Assembly: GCA_963422395.1 (NCBI GenBank)
Contig: OY729431.1
Location: 32,001 to 96,000, forward strand
Direction of reading: 5' to 3'
Source: Vicinamibacteria bacterium
GTDB lineage: Bacteria > Acidobacteriota > Vicinamibacteria > Marinacidobacterales > Marinacidobacteraceae
DNA length: 64,000 nt
This document shows positions 51,701 to 61,307 of the stretch, one piece after another (position 1 is the stretch's first letter; each line of letters starts with the position of its first letter). The position numbers and the translations under genes are program-made. The notes beneath the pieces were generated by a model, which saw nothing but the letters and a program-made list of their open reading frames with translations, ran no database searches and was not told the DNA's origin.

Positions 51701-51982
51701 ATGGACGACTTGAACCGTCGCGCTTTCCTCAAGAGTGCCGGATTGGCTTTCGCCGGAGTGGTGGGCGCCGCATCCTTCGCCGCTGCCCGCCAGCAGGAGG
51801 AGGAAGAAGAGGCCCGGAAGGACGAAGAGGAGAAGGAGGAGGAGCTGGACTACGACGCGCTGTTCAGCGAGGACTCCGGGGGAGATGAGGACACCCGGGC
51901 CTGCCCGCAGTGCGGCGCCCTCATGTATCGGCAGGGCCGGACCTGGACCTGCGAGAACTGCGGCTACAGCTATGTGGAGTAG
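51701..51982 (+). CDS. Small Tat-signal acidic protein with C-terminal zinc ribbon
   Basis: AAGGAG RBS, NRRAFLK, poly-Glu/Asp linker and CPQC...CENC. Confidence 0.78.
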   Translation: MDDLNRRAFLKSAGLAFAGVVGAASFAAARQQEEEEEARKDEEEKEEELDYDALFSEDSGGDEDTRACPQCGALMYRQGRTWTCENCGYSYVE

Positions 51983-52062
51983 TGCCCGGCGGCGCTGAGG
52001 TCTGAAGGTTCTCCGAGTCGGCGGCGCTGCGGACCCCGCAGTCTTGGCCGCCGGCCGGTTCG

Positions 52063-52102
52063 CCGTCCCGCGGCTCGGTGTTCGGCCGCGGGGCGGTTTT
52101 TT
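52063..52102 (+). terminator. Rho-independent terminator
   Basis: Hairpin CCGTCCCGCGGC...GCCGCGGGGCGG followed by TTTTTT. Confidence 0.75.
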
Positions 52103-52363
52103 CGTGTGCGCGCCCGTCGGACCGGGTGCTGCAGGCCGAGCCCGTAGGTCAGACGGACACCGAGTGCTTCCTGAATCGTCCTCTCTCCCTGCTCTTCGTG
52201 AGAGGATTCGCGGAGCCCTCGAATCCTGGCCCTACGACGGCGACTCCGATCCAGAAATGCGCCGGGCGATCCGGAAGCAGCCCCCCCGCTCCTCTGATGA
52301 CGAACCCCGAATACCGCCAGGAGAGACTGAGGAATGCCCGCCGACTACCCAGTCGAAGGCGCT

Positions 52364-53095
52364 TCAGATCGGGCGCGGAATGATCCAGTGGCCGAAAATG
52401 AGGAACAGGATCAGAAAGGCAGACTGCATGGCGTGTTCCGCGCTCCCCCGCCGGTAGCTCCAGTAGAGCACGCCGGAACGGGTGTTCCGGCCGTCCAGCA
52501 CCGCCCGGGTATAGGCGATCCGCTGCACCGCGATCAGGTTGCCCCAAATGGCGAGCACGACGAGGGAGATGTGGACATTTCCGGACAGCAGTCCCAGGAT
52601 GACGGTCACGGCGCGTTCCGGCCGCTCCAGGAAGCCGATCGCACAGCTCGGAATCGTCTTTTCCGCCCGCGCCCGCGCGTAAGAGGTTCCGACGGTTCCC
52701 AAGGCACTGACGCACCAGAGCGCAAGCCAGATCGGGCGAGTCGAATCGTCGAAAAAATCGAGCAGGTAGAGGAGCAGCCCGAAGAGCAACAGCATGTCGG
52801 CGTACCGATCCACCACCGAGTCCAGGTATGCGCCGAACCGGGTCTCCCCTCCCGAGGCCCGAGCCACCGCGCCGTCGAGCGAGTCGAACGCCACCGCGAG
52901 CAGAACCACCCAGCCCGCGGTCCAGTGGTCGCCGCGGGCGAGCGGCCAGAACACGAACGCCATCGCCGCCGGGCCGGCGAGCGTCAGCGCATTCGGCGGC
53001 ACCCGCGCCCGTATGATCCCGCGCGCCATGCCGTCGCGGATCGAAGCGAGAACGGTTGCGGCGTGGCGGCCCACCGGCCGAAAGAACCGCTTCAC
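52364..53095 (-). CDS. CDP-alcohol phosphatidyltransferase
   Basis: PNALT, signature DSLDGAVAR.....FGAYLDSVVDRYAD, SYARARAE and GFLERPER. Confidence 0.92.
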   Translation of the reverse strand: MKRFFRPVGRHAATVLASIRDGMARGIIRARVPPNALTLAGPAAMAFVFWPLARGDHWTAGWVVLLAVAFDSLDGAVARASGGETRFGAYLDSVVDRYADMLLLFGLLLYLLDFFDDSTRPIWLALWCVSALGTVGTSYARARAEKTIPSCAIGFLERPERAVTVILGLLSGNVHISLVVLAIWGNLIAVQRIAYTRAVLDGRNTRSGVLYWSYRRGSAEHAMQSAFLILFLIFGHWIIPRPI

Positions 53096-53263
53096 TGCGC
53101 TTCCCTCGCTGCGGCTGCAGCACCCGAAGACGAAAGGTAGGCGGCTTCTCCTGAAATGTCGGTCACGGGCCGCTCCAGCGGACCAGTCGGGAATGACACC
53201 CTGCCGCGCCGGCTCGATGGATAGCATACGCTCGAAGCGGCCGCCCGCTCCTCTCCGCGTCCG

Positions 53264-54220
53264 ATGAGCGGGCGGCCGCTGGTCATCGCCAACCCTGCGG
53301 CCCAGGGCGGCCGCGGCAAGGACCGCTGGCGCGCCGCCGCGGGAATGGTGGCCGATCGGCTCGGCGCGCACGATCTCGCTTGGACGAGCGCCCCCGGAGA
53401 CGCTACCCGGATCGCCCGCCGCGAGGGTTCTTCGCGTCCGCTGCTCATCGCCTTCGGCGGCGACGGGACCGCTTCCGAAGTGGCACGGGGCCTCCATCTC
53501 TCCGGCGGCGCCGCGGAGCTCGGATTGCTTCCCTGCGGCACCGGAAACGACTTCGCTGGCGATGCTGGCATTCCATCGCGACTGCCGGAGGCTGTCCGCT
53601 TCTTGTGCGGCACCCGCGGCCGGGCCACCGATCTGGGGCGGGTCGCGGGCGCAGGCGGCCTCTCCCGCACCTTTCTCAACAGTTTTTCGCTCGGCCTGGC
53701 CGCCTCGGTCGTCGCTCGGGTAGCGGAGAACGGGAGCCGGCTGGGGCGGGCCGCCTACGCCGCCGCCGCCGCCCGCGAGATCATCACCTTCACTCCGAGC
53801 ACTCTCCGGGTGGGTCTCGATGGGGCTCCAGCGCGGCCTCAGGTGCTGCTGAACCTCACCGTGCTGAACTCACGGCGTTTCGGGGGCGGAATCCGGCTCG
53901 CGCCGCCCGCGGACCCCGGCGACGGACGCCTCGACGCGGTTCTGATCGGGCCGCTCGGCCCGCTGGCGCTTTTCGATGCGATCCTCCGGCTCCCCCGGGG
54001 CGATCTCTTCGGACGAAGGGAGATCGAGCACCGGCAGATCCAGCGCGCGGTCCTCGAGCCGCTCCGCGAATCCGGCGCCGAGGCGCCACCCGCCCCGATG
54101 GAACTCGACGGCGAAACCTTCCGCTGCCGGGGTGCGATCGAAGTTTCGGTGGTTCCCGACGCGATCCTCGTCAGAAGAGCCCCCGGTCCCGGAGCCAGCG
54201 CACCGTCTCGAGCAGGGTGA
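53264..54220 (+). CDS. Diacylglycerol/lipid kinase family protein (YegS-like)
   Basis: IANPAA, GGDGT, PCGTGNDFA, FGGG and LDGE motifs. Confidence 0.9.
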   Translation: MSGRPLVIANPAAQGGRGKDRWRAAAGMVADRLGAHDLAWTSAPGDATRIARREGSSRPLLIAFGGDGTASEVARGLHLSGGAAELGLLPCGTGNDFAGDAGIPSRLPEAVRFLCGTRGRATDLGRVAGAGGLSRTFLNSFSLGLAASVVARVAENGSRLGRAAYAAAAAREIITFTPSTLRVGLDGAPARPQVLLNLTVLNSRRFGGGIRLAPPADPGDGRLDAVLIGPLGPLALFDAILRLPRGDLFGRREIEHRQIQRAVLEPLRESGAEAPPAPMELDGETFRCRGAIEVSVVPDAILVRRAPGPGASAPSRAG

Positions 54221-55217
54221 CCCGCGCCTCGCGGGGTGCGTGCCCCAGTTCGCGGGCCGCCTTGTCGGAACGGAAATACCAATAGCAGCCCGCCATCTCG
54301 CGACTGATTCGGTCCACCGCGGGCTCGCGCCCGAGCTGGCGCGCCAGCTCCTCACCGAACAGCGCGCCCGCGGTGTAGAGCCCCCGCGGGAGGCGAAACC
54401 GAGACGGCCGGACGCCGGAGATCTCGCCGAGCTGGGCGAAGAACTCGGCGAAGCTCCAGTTGTGGCCGCCGAGCAGGTAACGCTCACCGGCACGGCCCCG
54501 GGACATCGCCGCCGAGGTACCGGCGGCGGCATCCCGCACATCCACGAAGTTGAGCCCTCCGGGAGGGATCACCTGGACCTGGCCGGAGAGGAAACGGAGC
54601 ACATCGCCGGTCGAGGACAACCGCTCGTCGCCCGGTCCGAGAAGCAGGGAGGGGTTCACGATCACGACCTCGAAATCGCTGGCAGCTTCCAGCAGCGCCG
54701 CTTCCTGGAGCCACTTGCTGCGGTAGTAGGGCCAGCCGCCGATCCGCTCGATGGGCGTCCCCGCGGTCTCGTCGCAATCCGGCTCCGGCTCGGAGCTGAC
54801 CGCGATCGTCCCGCTCGTGGAAACCAGCACGATCCGCTCGACTCCCTCTCGCCGGGCTACCGCCGCGAGCCGCCGGGTTCCCTCCCCATGGAGGCGCTGG
54901 AGCTCCGAGGCCGCTTCCGGATCGCGGGAGACCCGCCCGGCGAGGTGGAAGACCCGGCGGACGCCGGAAAGGGCCTCACGAAGCGCGCCCTCCGATTCGA
55001 CCTCTCCTCGCACCAGTTCCACCCCCTGCTCCGCGAGAGCGGGAGCCTCTCGGCGCACCAGCGCCCGGACCGGAGTCCCGGCGGCGAGAAGCAGCGGAAG
55101 GAGGTGGCCGCCCAGGAAGCCGGTCGCCCCGGTCACCAGCACCGGGGCGGCAGCGGAGTCCCCTGTCGGGAGATCTTCTGCCGGGGAGCCGGTTTCGGGG
55201 GGATTCGCTTCGGACAC
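54171..55217 (-). CDS. NAD-dependent epimerase/dehydratase (extended SDR), ElbE-like
   Basis: TGATGFLG, FHLAG, YYRSK and VDVRD. Last gene of the elb-like operon. Confidence 0.85.
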   Translation of the reverse strand: MSEANPPETGSPAEDLPTGDSAAAPVLVTGATGFLGGHLLPLLLAAGTPVRALVRREAPALAEQGVELVRGEVESEGALREALSGVRRVFHLAGRVSRDPEAASELQRLHGEGTRRLAAVARREGVERIVLVSTSGTIAVSSEPEPDCDETAGTPIERIGGWPYYRSKWLQEAALLEAASDFEVVIVNPSLLLGPGDERLSSTGDVLRFLSGQVQVIPPGGLNFVDVRDAAAGTSAAMSRGRAGERYLLGGHNWSFAEFFAQLGEISGVRPSRFRLPRGLYTAGALFGEELARQLGREPAVDRISREMAGCYWYFRSDKAARELGHAPREARVTLLETVRWLRDRGLF

Positions 55218-55251
55218 CGGGAGAACCTTGCCAGTTTCGATTCGGGGGAGA

Positions 55252-58200
55252 TCAGCCCGCGGGTGCGCCCACCGGAGCCTCGTCCGCGTCCGGAGTCGCG
55301 CCGGGAGTTTCCGCCGCGTCAGCCGCCCGAACGGCGCCCCGCGCGAGGCGGGCCGCTTCCTCTTCGAGATGGATCGGCTCCTGCCGGCCCAGCTTCGTCA
55401 CGATCCGCTGCACGAGCGTCGCCACCCCCCGCTCGCGCGCCGCGCCCCCGAGTTCCCTGCCGGCGCAGCGGGTCAGGAACTCGTGCGGCAGGAAGGGGCC
55501 GATCCGCGCCGCCACCGAGCGCGAGCGAAGGCCCACCGCCCCCGGCGGAAAGGCCTGCCAGGTGTCCAGGTGCATCGGCAGTACGCCGACCCGGCAGCGG
55601 AACGCGAGATGCGCGAAGCCGCGCCGGAATTCCTGGATCCGGCCGCTGCGCGAGCGCGTTCCTTCGGGAAAGACGAGCACGCTGTAGCCGCGCTCGAGGT
55701 GCCCCGCAGCCAGATCCAGCGATTCGCGGAGAGAACCGCGGCGCTGCATGGGAACGACATTCGTGAAGTTGCCGAAGAAAGTGCGCTTGATCCGGTTGTC
55801 GAAGAAGTAGTCCGCCGCGGCCAGCACCACCAGGTTCGACCCGGCGTCGCCGAGCGCCATCTTCGCAAGCCCCATGTCGAGGTGGGAAGCGTGGTTCGCC
55901 ACCACCAGGTAATGGGTATGCGTCGGGATGTAGGCCCGGCCGGTGAAGGTGGACTGGAGAAAGTGGTGGTAGAACCAGCGCTGAACCTCGGTGAGCCCGA
56001 GGCGGCCCATCCGGGCCACGACCGACGGAATCGGAATCTCGTCTTCCGGAGATTTCCTGCGCGCTGCCCGCGCCGCGCCGGGCCGACGCGGAGGAGACCG
56101 TCCCGGCGTCGGCCGACCGGCGGTTCCGAGCGCCAGCGCCAGTTCCTCGAGCTTCGTCATCCGGGCGAGTGCATCGGCACCCACCGCCTCACCGAACTCG
56201 CTGCCGAACTCGCTCTCGAGCACCGCCGCCAGTTCGTTGTACATCAGGCTGTCGAAACCGAGTTCGGCGAACGAGGAAGCGAGGGTGACCCCGGACGCCG
56301 GGCGTTCGCAGATGGAGGCGACGATCTCGACGATCCGGCTGCCGGAGACCGCATCCGCGGCCGCGGCGGCGGCCGCGGTCCGGCGACGATCGACCAGCCA
56401 GCGCGCGACCTCGGCGCGCTTCACTTTGCGGGTCGCGGTTCGGGGCAGCGGTTCGGTGCGGAAATCCACCGTCTTGACCCGTTTGTGGAGCGGGAGGTCT
56501 CGGGCGACGGAGTGGAAATGAGCCTCGATCTCCTGCCGACCCGGCCCGTCGTTCTCCTTGGGCACCACGACTGCGGCCACCTGTTCCGCTGCCCCGTCGG
56601 GGAGGCCCACCACACAGAACTCGGCGATCCGCTCGGGCGCGGCGTAGATCTCCTCGACTTCGTCGGGGTAGATGTTCTTGCCGCCGCTGTCCACGATCAC
56701 ATCCTTGCGGCGGCCGACCAGGAAAAGATGGCCGCCTTCGTCGAGCCGGCCGAGGTCGCCGGTGCAGAGCCAGCCGGCTCGCAGCGACTCGGTGGTGGCC
56801 TCCTCGTTGCCGTAGTAGCCGGCCATGATGTTCGCCCCCTTCGCCACGACCTCGCCGACCCCGGAGGCGTCCGGATCGGCGATGCGCAACTCGACCCCGG
56901 GCAGGGCCTTGCCGACGCTCCCGATCGGCACCCGGCCCTCGGGCGGAGTCACGGTGAGCACCGGGGCGGCTTCGGTCAGGCCGTATCCCTGCGCGATGTG
57001 GAATCCGAGACCGCGGAAGGTCTTCCAGGTGGTTTCGGACAACGCCGAGGCGCCGCTGATCAGATAGCGGATTTTGCCGCCCAGGGCGGTATGTACCGGA
57101 AGAAACACCGCGGGACCGATATTCACTCCGGTGTCCTCGCGCAGCAGGTAGGCCGCATCGATCAGCGCGGTCACCAGATCCTCGATGCGGGACGAACGCT
57201 CGGCGAAGGGGGCGAGGATCCGCCGCCGGAGCAGATCCCAGAGCGCGGGAACCCCGACGATGCAGGTCGTGTTCCCCTTGCGCAGCTCCCGGTTCAGGGA
57301 ATCGGGGCTGATCTCGTCCAGATAGGCGATCTGCGCGCCCCGCGACAGCGGCAGCAGGAAGCCGGTGGTGAACTCGAAGGAATGGTGGAGCGGGAGAACA
57401 CTGAGCGCTCCGTCCTTTTCGGTGATGTCGTAGATCGAGAGCAGCTTGGCCACCAGGCTGGTGAAGTTCCGCTGGGTGAGCATCACGCCCTTCGGGGCGC
57501 CGGTGGTGCCCGAGGTGAACAGGATCGAGGCCAGCGCGCCGGGGGCCGGAGGGCTCGGGAGCGCGCGGACCCGGCGCGCTTCTTCCGCCTCGTCGCCCAC
57601 CCGAAACACTTCCCGGAAAGGATGGAGCGAAAACGGAAGCGGCTCCCCGCCTCCCTCATCGGCGAGCCCTCGGCGATGGCGCTCGTCGAGCGAATCGTCC
57701 AGCAGCAGCGCCTTCGCATCTCCGAGCCGCAGCAGGCGCGCGATTTCCGGAGGGCGCAGATCGCGTTCGAGCGGGATCGCGACAGCGCCGATCCGCTGGA
57801 TGGCGAAATAGGCCATCCCCCATTCCGGCGCGTTGTCCCCGATCAGCCCCAGATGGTCTCCGGGGCCGAAACCCTGCGCCGTCAGATAGGCCGCCCCGCG
57901 CAGCACGCACTCGCGCAGGTCGGCGTAGGTGTAGCGCTCCTCCCTGCCGCCGCGGGTGATTCGGAGCGCTATCCGTCCGGCGTGGTTCTTGGTGCAAGCC
58001 TCGAACATCTCGACGAGATTTCGATGGATGTAGGTCCGGCGCGGCCGTTGCCGCTCCTGATCGTCGAGGGTCGGGAACACCCAGCGCTCGAGGCCGGGCA
58101 GATGCACATGCAGCCAGTAGTCGTACCAGTCGATTTCCTCGGGATCGAAGAAGAGCTTGCCGTCGTTGCCGTCGAGCCTCTGGAAGAGATCCCGCGTGTG

Positions 58201-59703
58201 GTCAGCGCGAAAGAGGAACTTCTCGCCGGCGATGAACGGTTTGAAGGTGTGGTACTGCCGCTCGCCCTGCAGCACGAACCCCTCGAACGACTCGATGTTC
58301 CGGCGCAGGCTCTCCACCACCCCGACCAGCGGCCCGAGGGGTTCTTCCTCCGCACGGCGCAGAATTTCCGAGAGCCCGGTCGTCGAGCGCCGCATCCACG
58401 GCAGGGTGTACTTCTCGAAACGGTCGGCTCGCACCGACTGCGTCTCCATCCGCCCGAGCGCCTCGTTCCAGAGCTTCATCCCGGTCGGCTTGTCGCGGAA
58501 GTGCCGGCGCTTGTAGATCCCCACCAGGTCCACCAACCGTCCTACCCGCACCGGATTCCGATCGCCTCCCGCCACCTGATAGACCAACCGCGGCTCGGAG
58601 ACGATGGTCTCGGCCGCGACGGCGAGGGTGGCCGAAGCGACCATGTCCACCGGAACCACATCGAGGATCACCTCCGGGTCCACCGGGAACAGGTTCTGAC
58701 CTCGGAGCGCCATCCGCACCAGCGGCGCGCTGGTGGTGAATCCTTCGTTCCAGCCGGGATGAGGAAACGAAATCGCGCTCTCCACGACCGCAGGCCGGAC
58801 GATGGCACGCGCCATGCCCTCTTCGCGGGCGACGAGCTGGTCGCCGAGGCTCTTCGTATAGGTGTAGATGTTGGGCCAGCCCCATCCCTGGGCCTTCTCG
58901 ATTCCGAGGTCGCGGAGGCGGCTGCGGATCCACTCCTTCCGCTCGCGGGCGATGGCGAGCGAAAGCTGGCGCTCGTCGTCGGGATCGCGGCCCTCGGCAG
59001 TGAAGCGCCGCCGCGCCGCCTCTCGGAACCCGTCCACCCGCGATTTGTCCTCGGCCTCGTCGCGGACCCGCGCCGCCAGCCGGTCGCAGTCTTCGATCTC
59101 CCGATCCACTCGGAATTCCTGATCCTCGCGGCCGCGGCGCGGGAAGTAGCCGAGGAGCGGTTCGTCCTCGCGGATCTCTCCCGAGCGGTTCCCGGCGACG
59201 AAACAGGTGCTGATGTGCACGAGCGCCGGGCGCCGCATCCGGCGGGCGAAGGCGATGGTGTTCCGGGTGCCGTACACATTCGTGGCGATGGCGGCTTCGA
59301 GGGGCGGATTGAAGGTCACCCGGCCGGAACAGTTGAGAACGAGGTCGATATCCGCGGCCACCCGCGCCGCCAGCTCTTCGCGATAGCCGAGGTCGTCGCT
59401 CGTGATGTCGCCGCCGAGCACGACGATCTTCTCCTCGAGGAACGCGTCGAGGCAGCCCCCGTGACGCTCCCGGAGCGGCCCGAAGGCCGGAGAGTTCTCC
59501 ATCAGATCGTCGAAGCGGGCGCGGCTCTCCGCCTCGCCGGCGGCGCGGACCATCAGGTACACCCGGCGGATGTCGGGGAAATGTTCCAGCAGCATCCCGA
59601 GACAGACCTTGCCCAGAAAACCAGTGCCGCCGAGCAGGAGGATTCCTCGCCCGGCGAACGCCTCGTCGAGGGGAATCCGCGGCCGCGGCGCCTCGCTAGC
59701 CAC
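55252..59703 (-). CDS. elbD: Multidomain fatty acyl reductase - acyl-CoA synthetase - ACP - acyltransferase (ElbD-like ether lipid enzyme)
   Basis: Reductase: GGTGFLG, YTYTK. Adenylation domain: FTSGTTGAPKG, GYGLTE, TGDLG. ACP: LGFDSL. PlsC domain: NHASHLD, FPEGTRS. GTG start 6 bp after the upstream stop. Confidence 0.85.
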   Translation of the reverse strand: MASEAPRPRIPLDEAFAGRGILLLGGTGFLGKVCLGMLLEHFPDIRRVYLMVRAAGEAESRARFDDLMENSPAFGPLRERHGGCLDAFLEEKIVVLGGDITSDDLGYREELAARVAADIDLVLNCSGRVTFNPPLEAAIATNVYGTRNTIAFARRMRRPALVHISTCFVAGNRSGEIREDEPLLGYFPRRGREDQEFRVDREIEDCDRLAARVRDEAEDKSRVDGFREAARRRFTAEGRDPDDERQLSLAIARERKEWIRSRLRDLGIEKAQGWGWPNIYTYTKSLGDQLVAREEGMARAIVRPAVVESAISFPHPGWNEGFTTSAPLVRMALRGQNLFPVDPEVILDVVPVDMVASATLAVAAETIVSEPRLVYQVAGGDRNPVRVGRLVDLVGIYKRRHFRDKPTGMKLWNEALGRMETQSVRADRFEKYTLPWMRRSTTGLSEILRRAEEEPLGPLVGVVESLRRNIESFEGFVLQGERQYHTFKPFIAGEKFLFRADHTRDLFQRLDGNDGKLFFDPEEIDWYDYWLHVHLPGLERWVFPTLDDQERQRPRRTYIHRNLVEMFEACTKNHAGRIALRITRGGREERYTYADLRECVLRGAAYLTAQGFGPGDHLGLIGDNAPEWGMAYFAIQRIGAVAIPLERDLRPPEIARLLRLGDAKALLLDDSLDERHRRGLADEGGGEPLPFSLHPFREVFRVGDEAEEARRVRALPSPPAPGALASILFTSGTTGAPKGVMLTQRNFTSLVAKLLSIYDITEKDGALSVLPLHHSFEFTTGFLLPLSRGAQIAYLDEISPDSLNRELRKGNTTCIVGVPALWDLLRRRILAPFAERSSRIEDLVTALIDAAYLLREDTGVNIGPAVFLPVHTALGGKIRYLISGASALSETTWKTFRGLGFHIAQGYGLTEAAPVLTVTPPEGRVPIGSVGKALPGVELRIADPDASGVGEVVAKGANIMAGYYGNEEATTESLRAGWLCTGDLGRLDEGGHLFLVGRRKDVIVDSGGKNIYPDEVEEIYAAPERIAEFCVVGLPDGAAEQVAAVVVPKENDGPGRQEIEAHFHSVARDLPLHKRVKTVDFRTEPLPRTATRKVKRAEVARWLVDRRRTAAAAAAADAVSGSRIVEIVASICERPASGVTLASSFAELGFDSLMYNELAAVLESEFGSEFGEAVGADALARMTKLEELALALGTAGRPTPGRSPPRRPGAARAARRKSPEDEIPIPSVVARMGRLGLTEVQRWFYHHFLQSTFTGRAYIPTHTHYLVVANHASHLDMGLAKMALGDAGSNLVVLAAADYFFDNRIKRTFFGNFTNVVPMQRRGSLRESLDLAAGHLERGYSVLVFPEGTRSRSGRIQEFRRGFAHLAFRCRVGVLPMHLDTWQAFPPGAVGLRSRSVAARIGPFLPHEFLTRCAGRELGGAARERGVATLVQRIVTKLGRQEPIHLEEEAARLARGAVRAADAAETPGATPDADEAPVGAPAG

Positions 59704-59708
59704 CGGAA

Positions 59709-61307
59709 TCAGAAGACCTCGGGAATCATGATCGGCGGCACATGGAGCATGGTGATCTCCGCTGCCGGACCGAGCCCGCTCCGGGCCATGGAGATCGCCT
59801 CGGTGACCGTCTCGGCCGACTCCCATCCCAGGATCTCGGGCACATGCTGGTTCTTCGCGCCGGCCACGATGATCCGGCCCGCATGCTGTCTCCCGTTCTC
59901 TCCCCAGTACCACATGAAGAACGGATGGGCTCCGTGGTACGCGTTGCCGTCCCGGTACATCTGGACATAGGAAGGATTCGCCGCGAACTCTTCCTCGTAC
60001 TTCGTCCGCAGCACGAACGGATCGCGGCTCTCGGGGAGCAGCCGGTGGAAGAACTCGATGTAGCTCGGGTGGAAGCGCGCGTCGAACTCGTCCCGACAGG
60101 GATGCGCGAGAACCAGCGTGCCGCCCTTCCGCAGAAGCGGCTTGCCCCGATACAGGTTGAACAGGTAGCCGGGCCCCATCACCTGCACCAGCAGCGGGTT
60201 CAGGATCGAGTTCACATTGTAGGGAGAGATGTAGGGGATCCCGCAGAGCAGGATGTCGCACTGCCCCTTCACCGGGACCGAGTACTGTTCGAAGGAGCGC
60301 TTCAGAGTGCGTTCGTGGACGGGTTCGGTGCGGCCCGCGTAACAGCCGATCAGCTCGAAGGCGCCGGGGATCCGGTGGAGGAATTTGCGCTTGGCGGCAC
60401 CCGGCAGCCGGCCGAGCGACCACCGCGTCGCAGACATCTTGATCCGGTCGAGTTCGCTGAACTCGTCCTCGTTCCGGGCGAGGAAAGAGAGCGGATCGGC
60501 GTACATGCGGTTGTTGAGGACGGTCTCCACATGGAACACCTTCAGGTGCTGGTCCACGATCTTGCCCATCCGGTCCACCTTGTGGCTCAGCGCGGAACGG
60601 GCGGGGTCCATGTACCCGTCGGAGTCGCGGATCGTCTGCGGCTCATGGTGGGGCCGGAGGCTCTGGTAGTCGCAAAGACCCACGGTCACCGACTTGTGGC
60701 CGCCGTCCATAGGTACGAGGTTGATGTTCAGGTAGATGACGAGGTCGCTTTCCGCCGCCCGGCGGTTCACTCGGACCGGCTCCTGGTGGCGGGTCTCCCC
60801 GAGCGCCACGATTCCGTGGGGGTCTTCGGCGTCGTGGTTGTAATAGCGCGCGGGGTAGAACGCCCGGTGGATTTCGGCGCCGACCATGCGCCGCATCTCC
60901 GGCTCGGTCATCTTCCGGTGGAGAGAGTTCGCGATCACGAGGTGGACATCGTCCACTCCGTGGTCGCCGAGCATCTCCAGCACCACCTCGAGGGCGGTCT
61001 GCCGGATGTCGGGAGTCGCCATGGGGGGGAGCGGCAGGCTGATGTCGTCGAGGGCGATGGTCACCCGCATCCCGGAGCGCAGCTGGGCGTGGAGCGGATC
61101 ACAGCCGAACGGATGGTTCAGCGCGTGCCGGATCGCACCGCGCGGGTTCGGCAGGCCCCGGATCGGCGGGGGGGGATAGATCACTCGGGTGCCGACCGGG
61201 AGGTGTTCTTCGAGAAAGTCTTCCCCGAAGTGCAGGACCCTCGCCGCCGAATCCTTCTCGATGAAGACGATGTCGGGATCGGTCTTGTAGCGTAGGGAGG
61301 GAGTCAT
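59709..61307 (-). CDS. Lactate racemase N-terminal (DUF2088)-like domain protein, ElbC-like
   Basis: [36 protein letters not shown] and GGHKS. Coupled to both flanking genes. Confidence 0.72.
   Translation of the reverse strand: MTPSLRYKTDPDIVFIEKDSAARVLHFGEDFLEEHLPVGTRVIYPPPPIRGLPNPRGAIRHALNHPFGCDPLHAQLRSGMRVTIALDDISLPLPPMATPDIRQTALEVVLEMLGDHGVDDVHLVIANSLHRKMTEPEMRRMVGAEIHRAFYPARYYNHDAEDPHGIVALGETRHQEPVRVNRRAAESDLVIYLNINLVPMDGGHKSVTVGLCDYQSLRPHHEPQTIRDSDGYMDPARSALSHKVDRMGKIVDQHLKVFHVETVLNNRMYADPLSFLARNEDEFSELDRIKMSATRWSLGRLPGAAKRKFLHRIPGAFELIGCYAGRTEPVHERTLKRSFEQYSVPVKGQCDILLCGIPYISPYNVNSILNPLLVQVMGPGYLFNLYRGKPLLRKGGTLVLAHPCRDEFDARFHPSYIEFFHRLLPESRDPFVLRTKYEEEFAANPSYVQMYRDGNAYHGAHPFFMWYWGENGRQHAGRIIVAGAKNQHVPEILGWESAETVTEAISMARSGLGPAAEITMLHVPPIMIPEVF

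Noticed and set aside
52293-52315. Hammerhead ribozyme core (CTGATGA...GAA)
   Set aside because: No pairable stem II, and GAAT is found instead of GAAA.
54751-59970. 1739-aa plus-strand ORF
   Set aside because: Antisense shadow of the elbD-like gene with no recognisable motifs; typical of high-GC codon bias.
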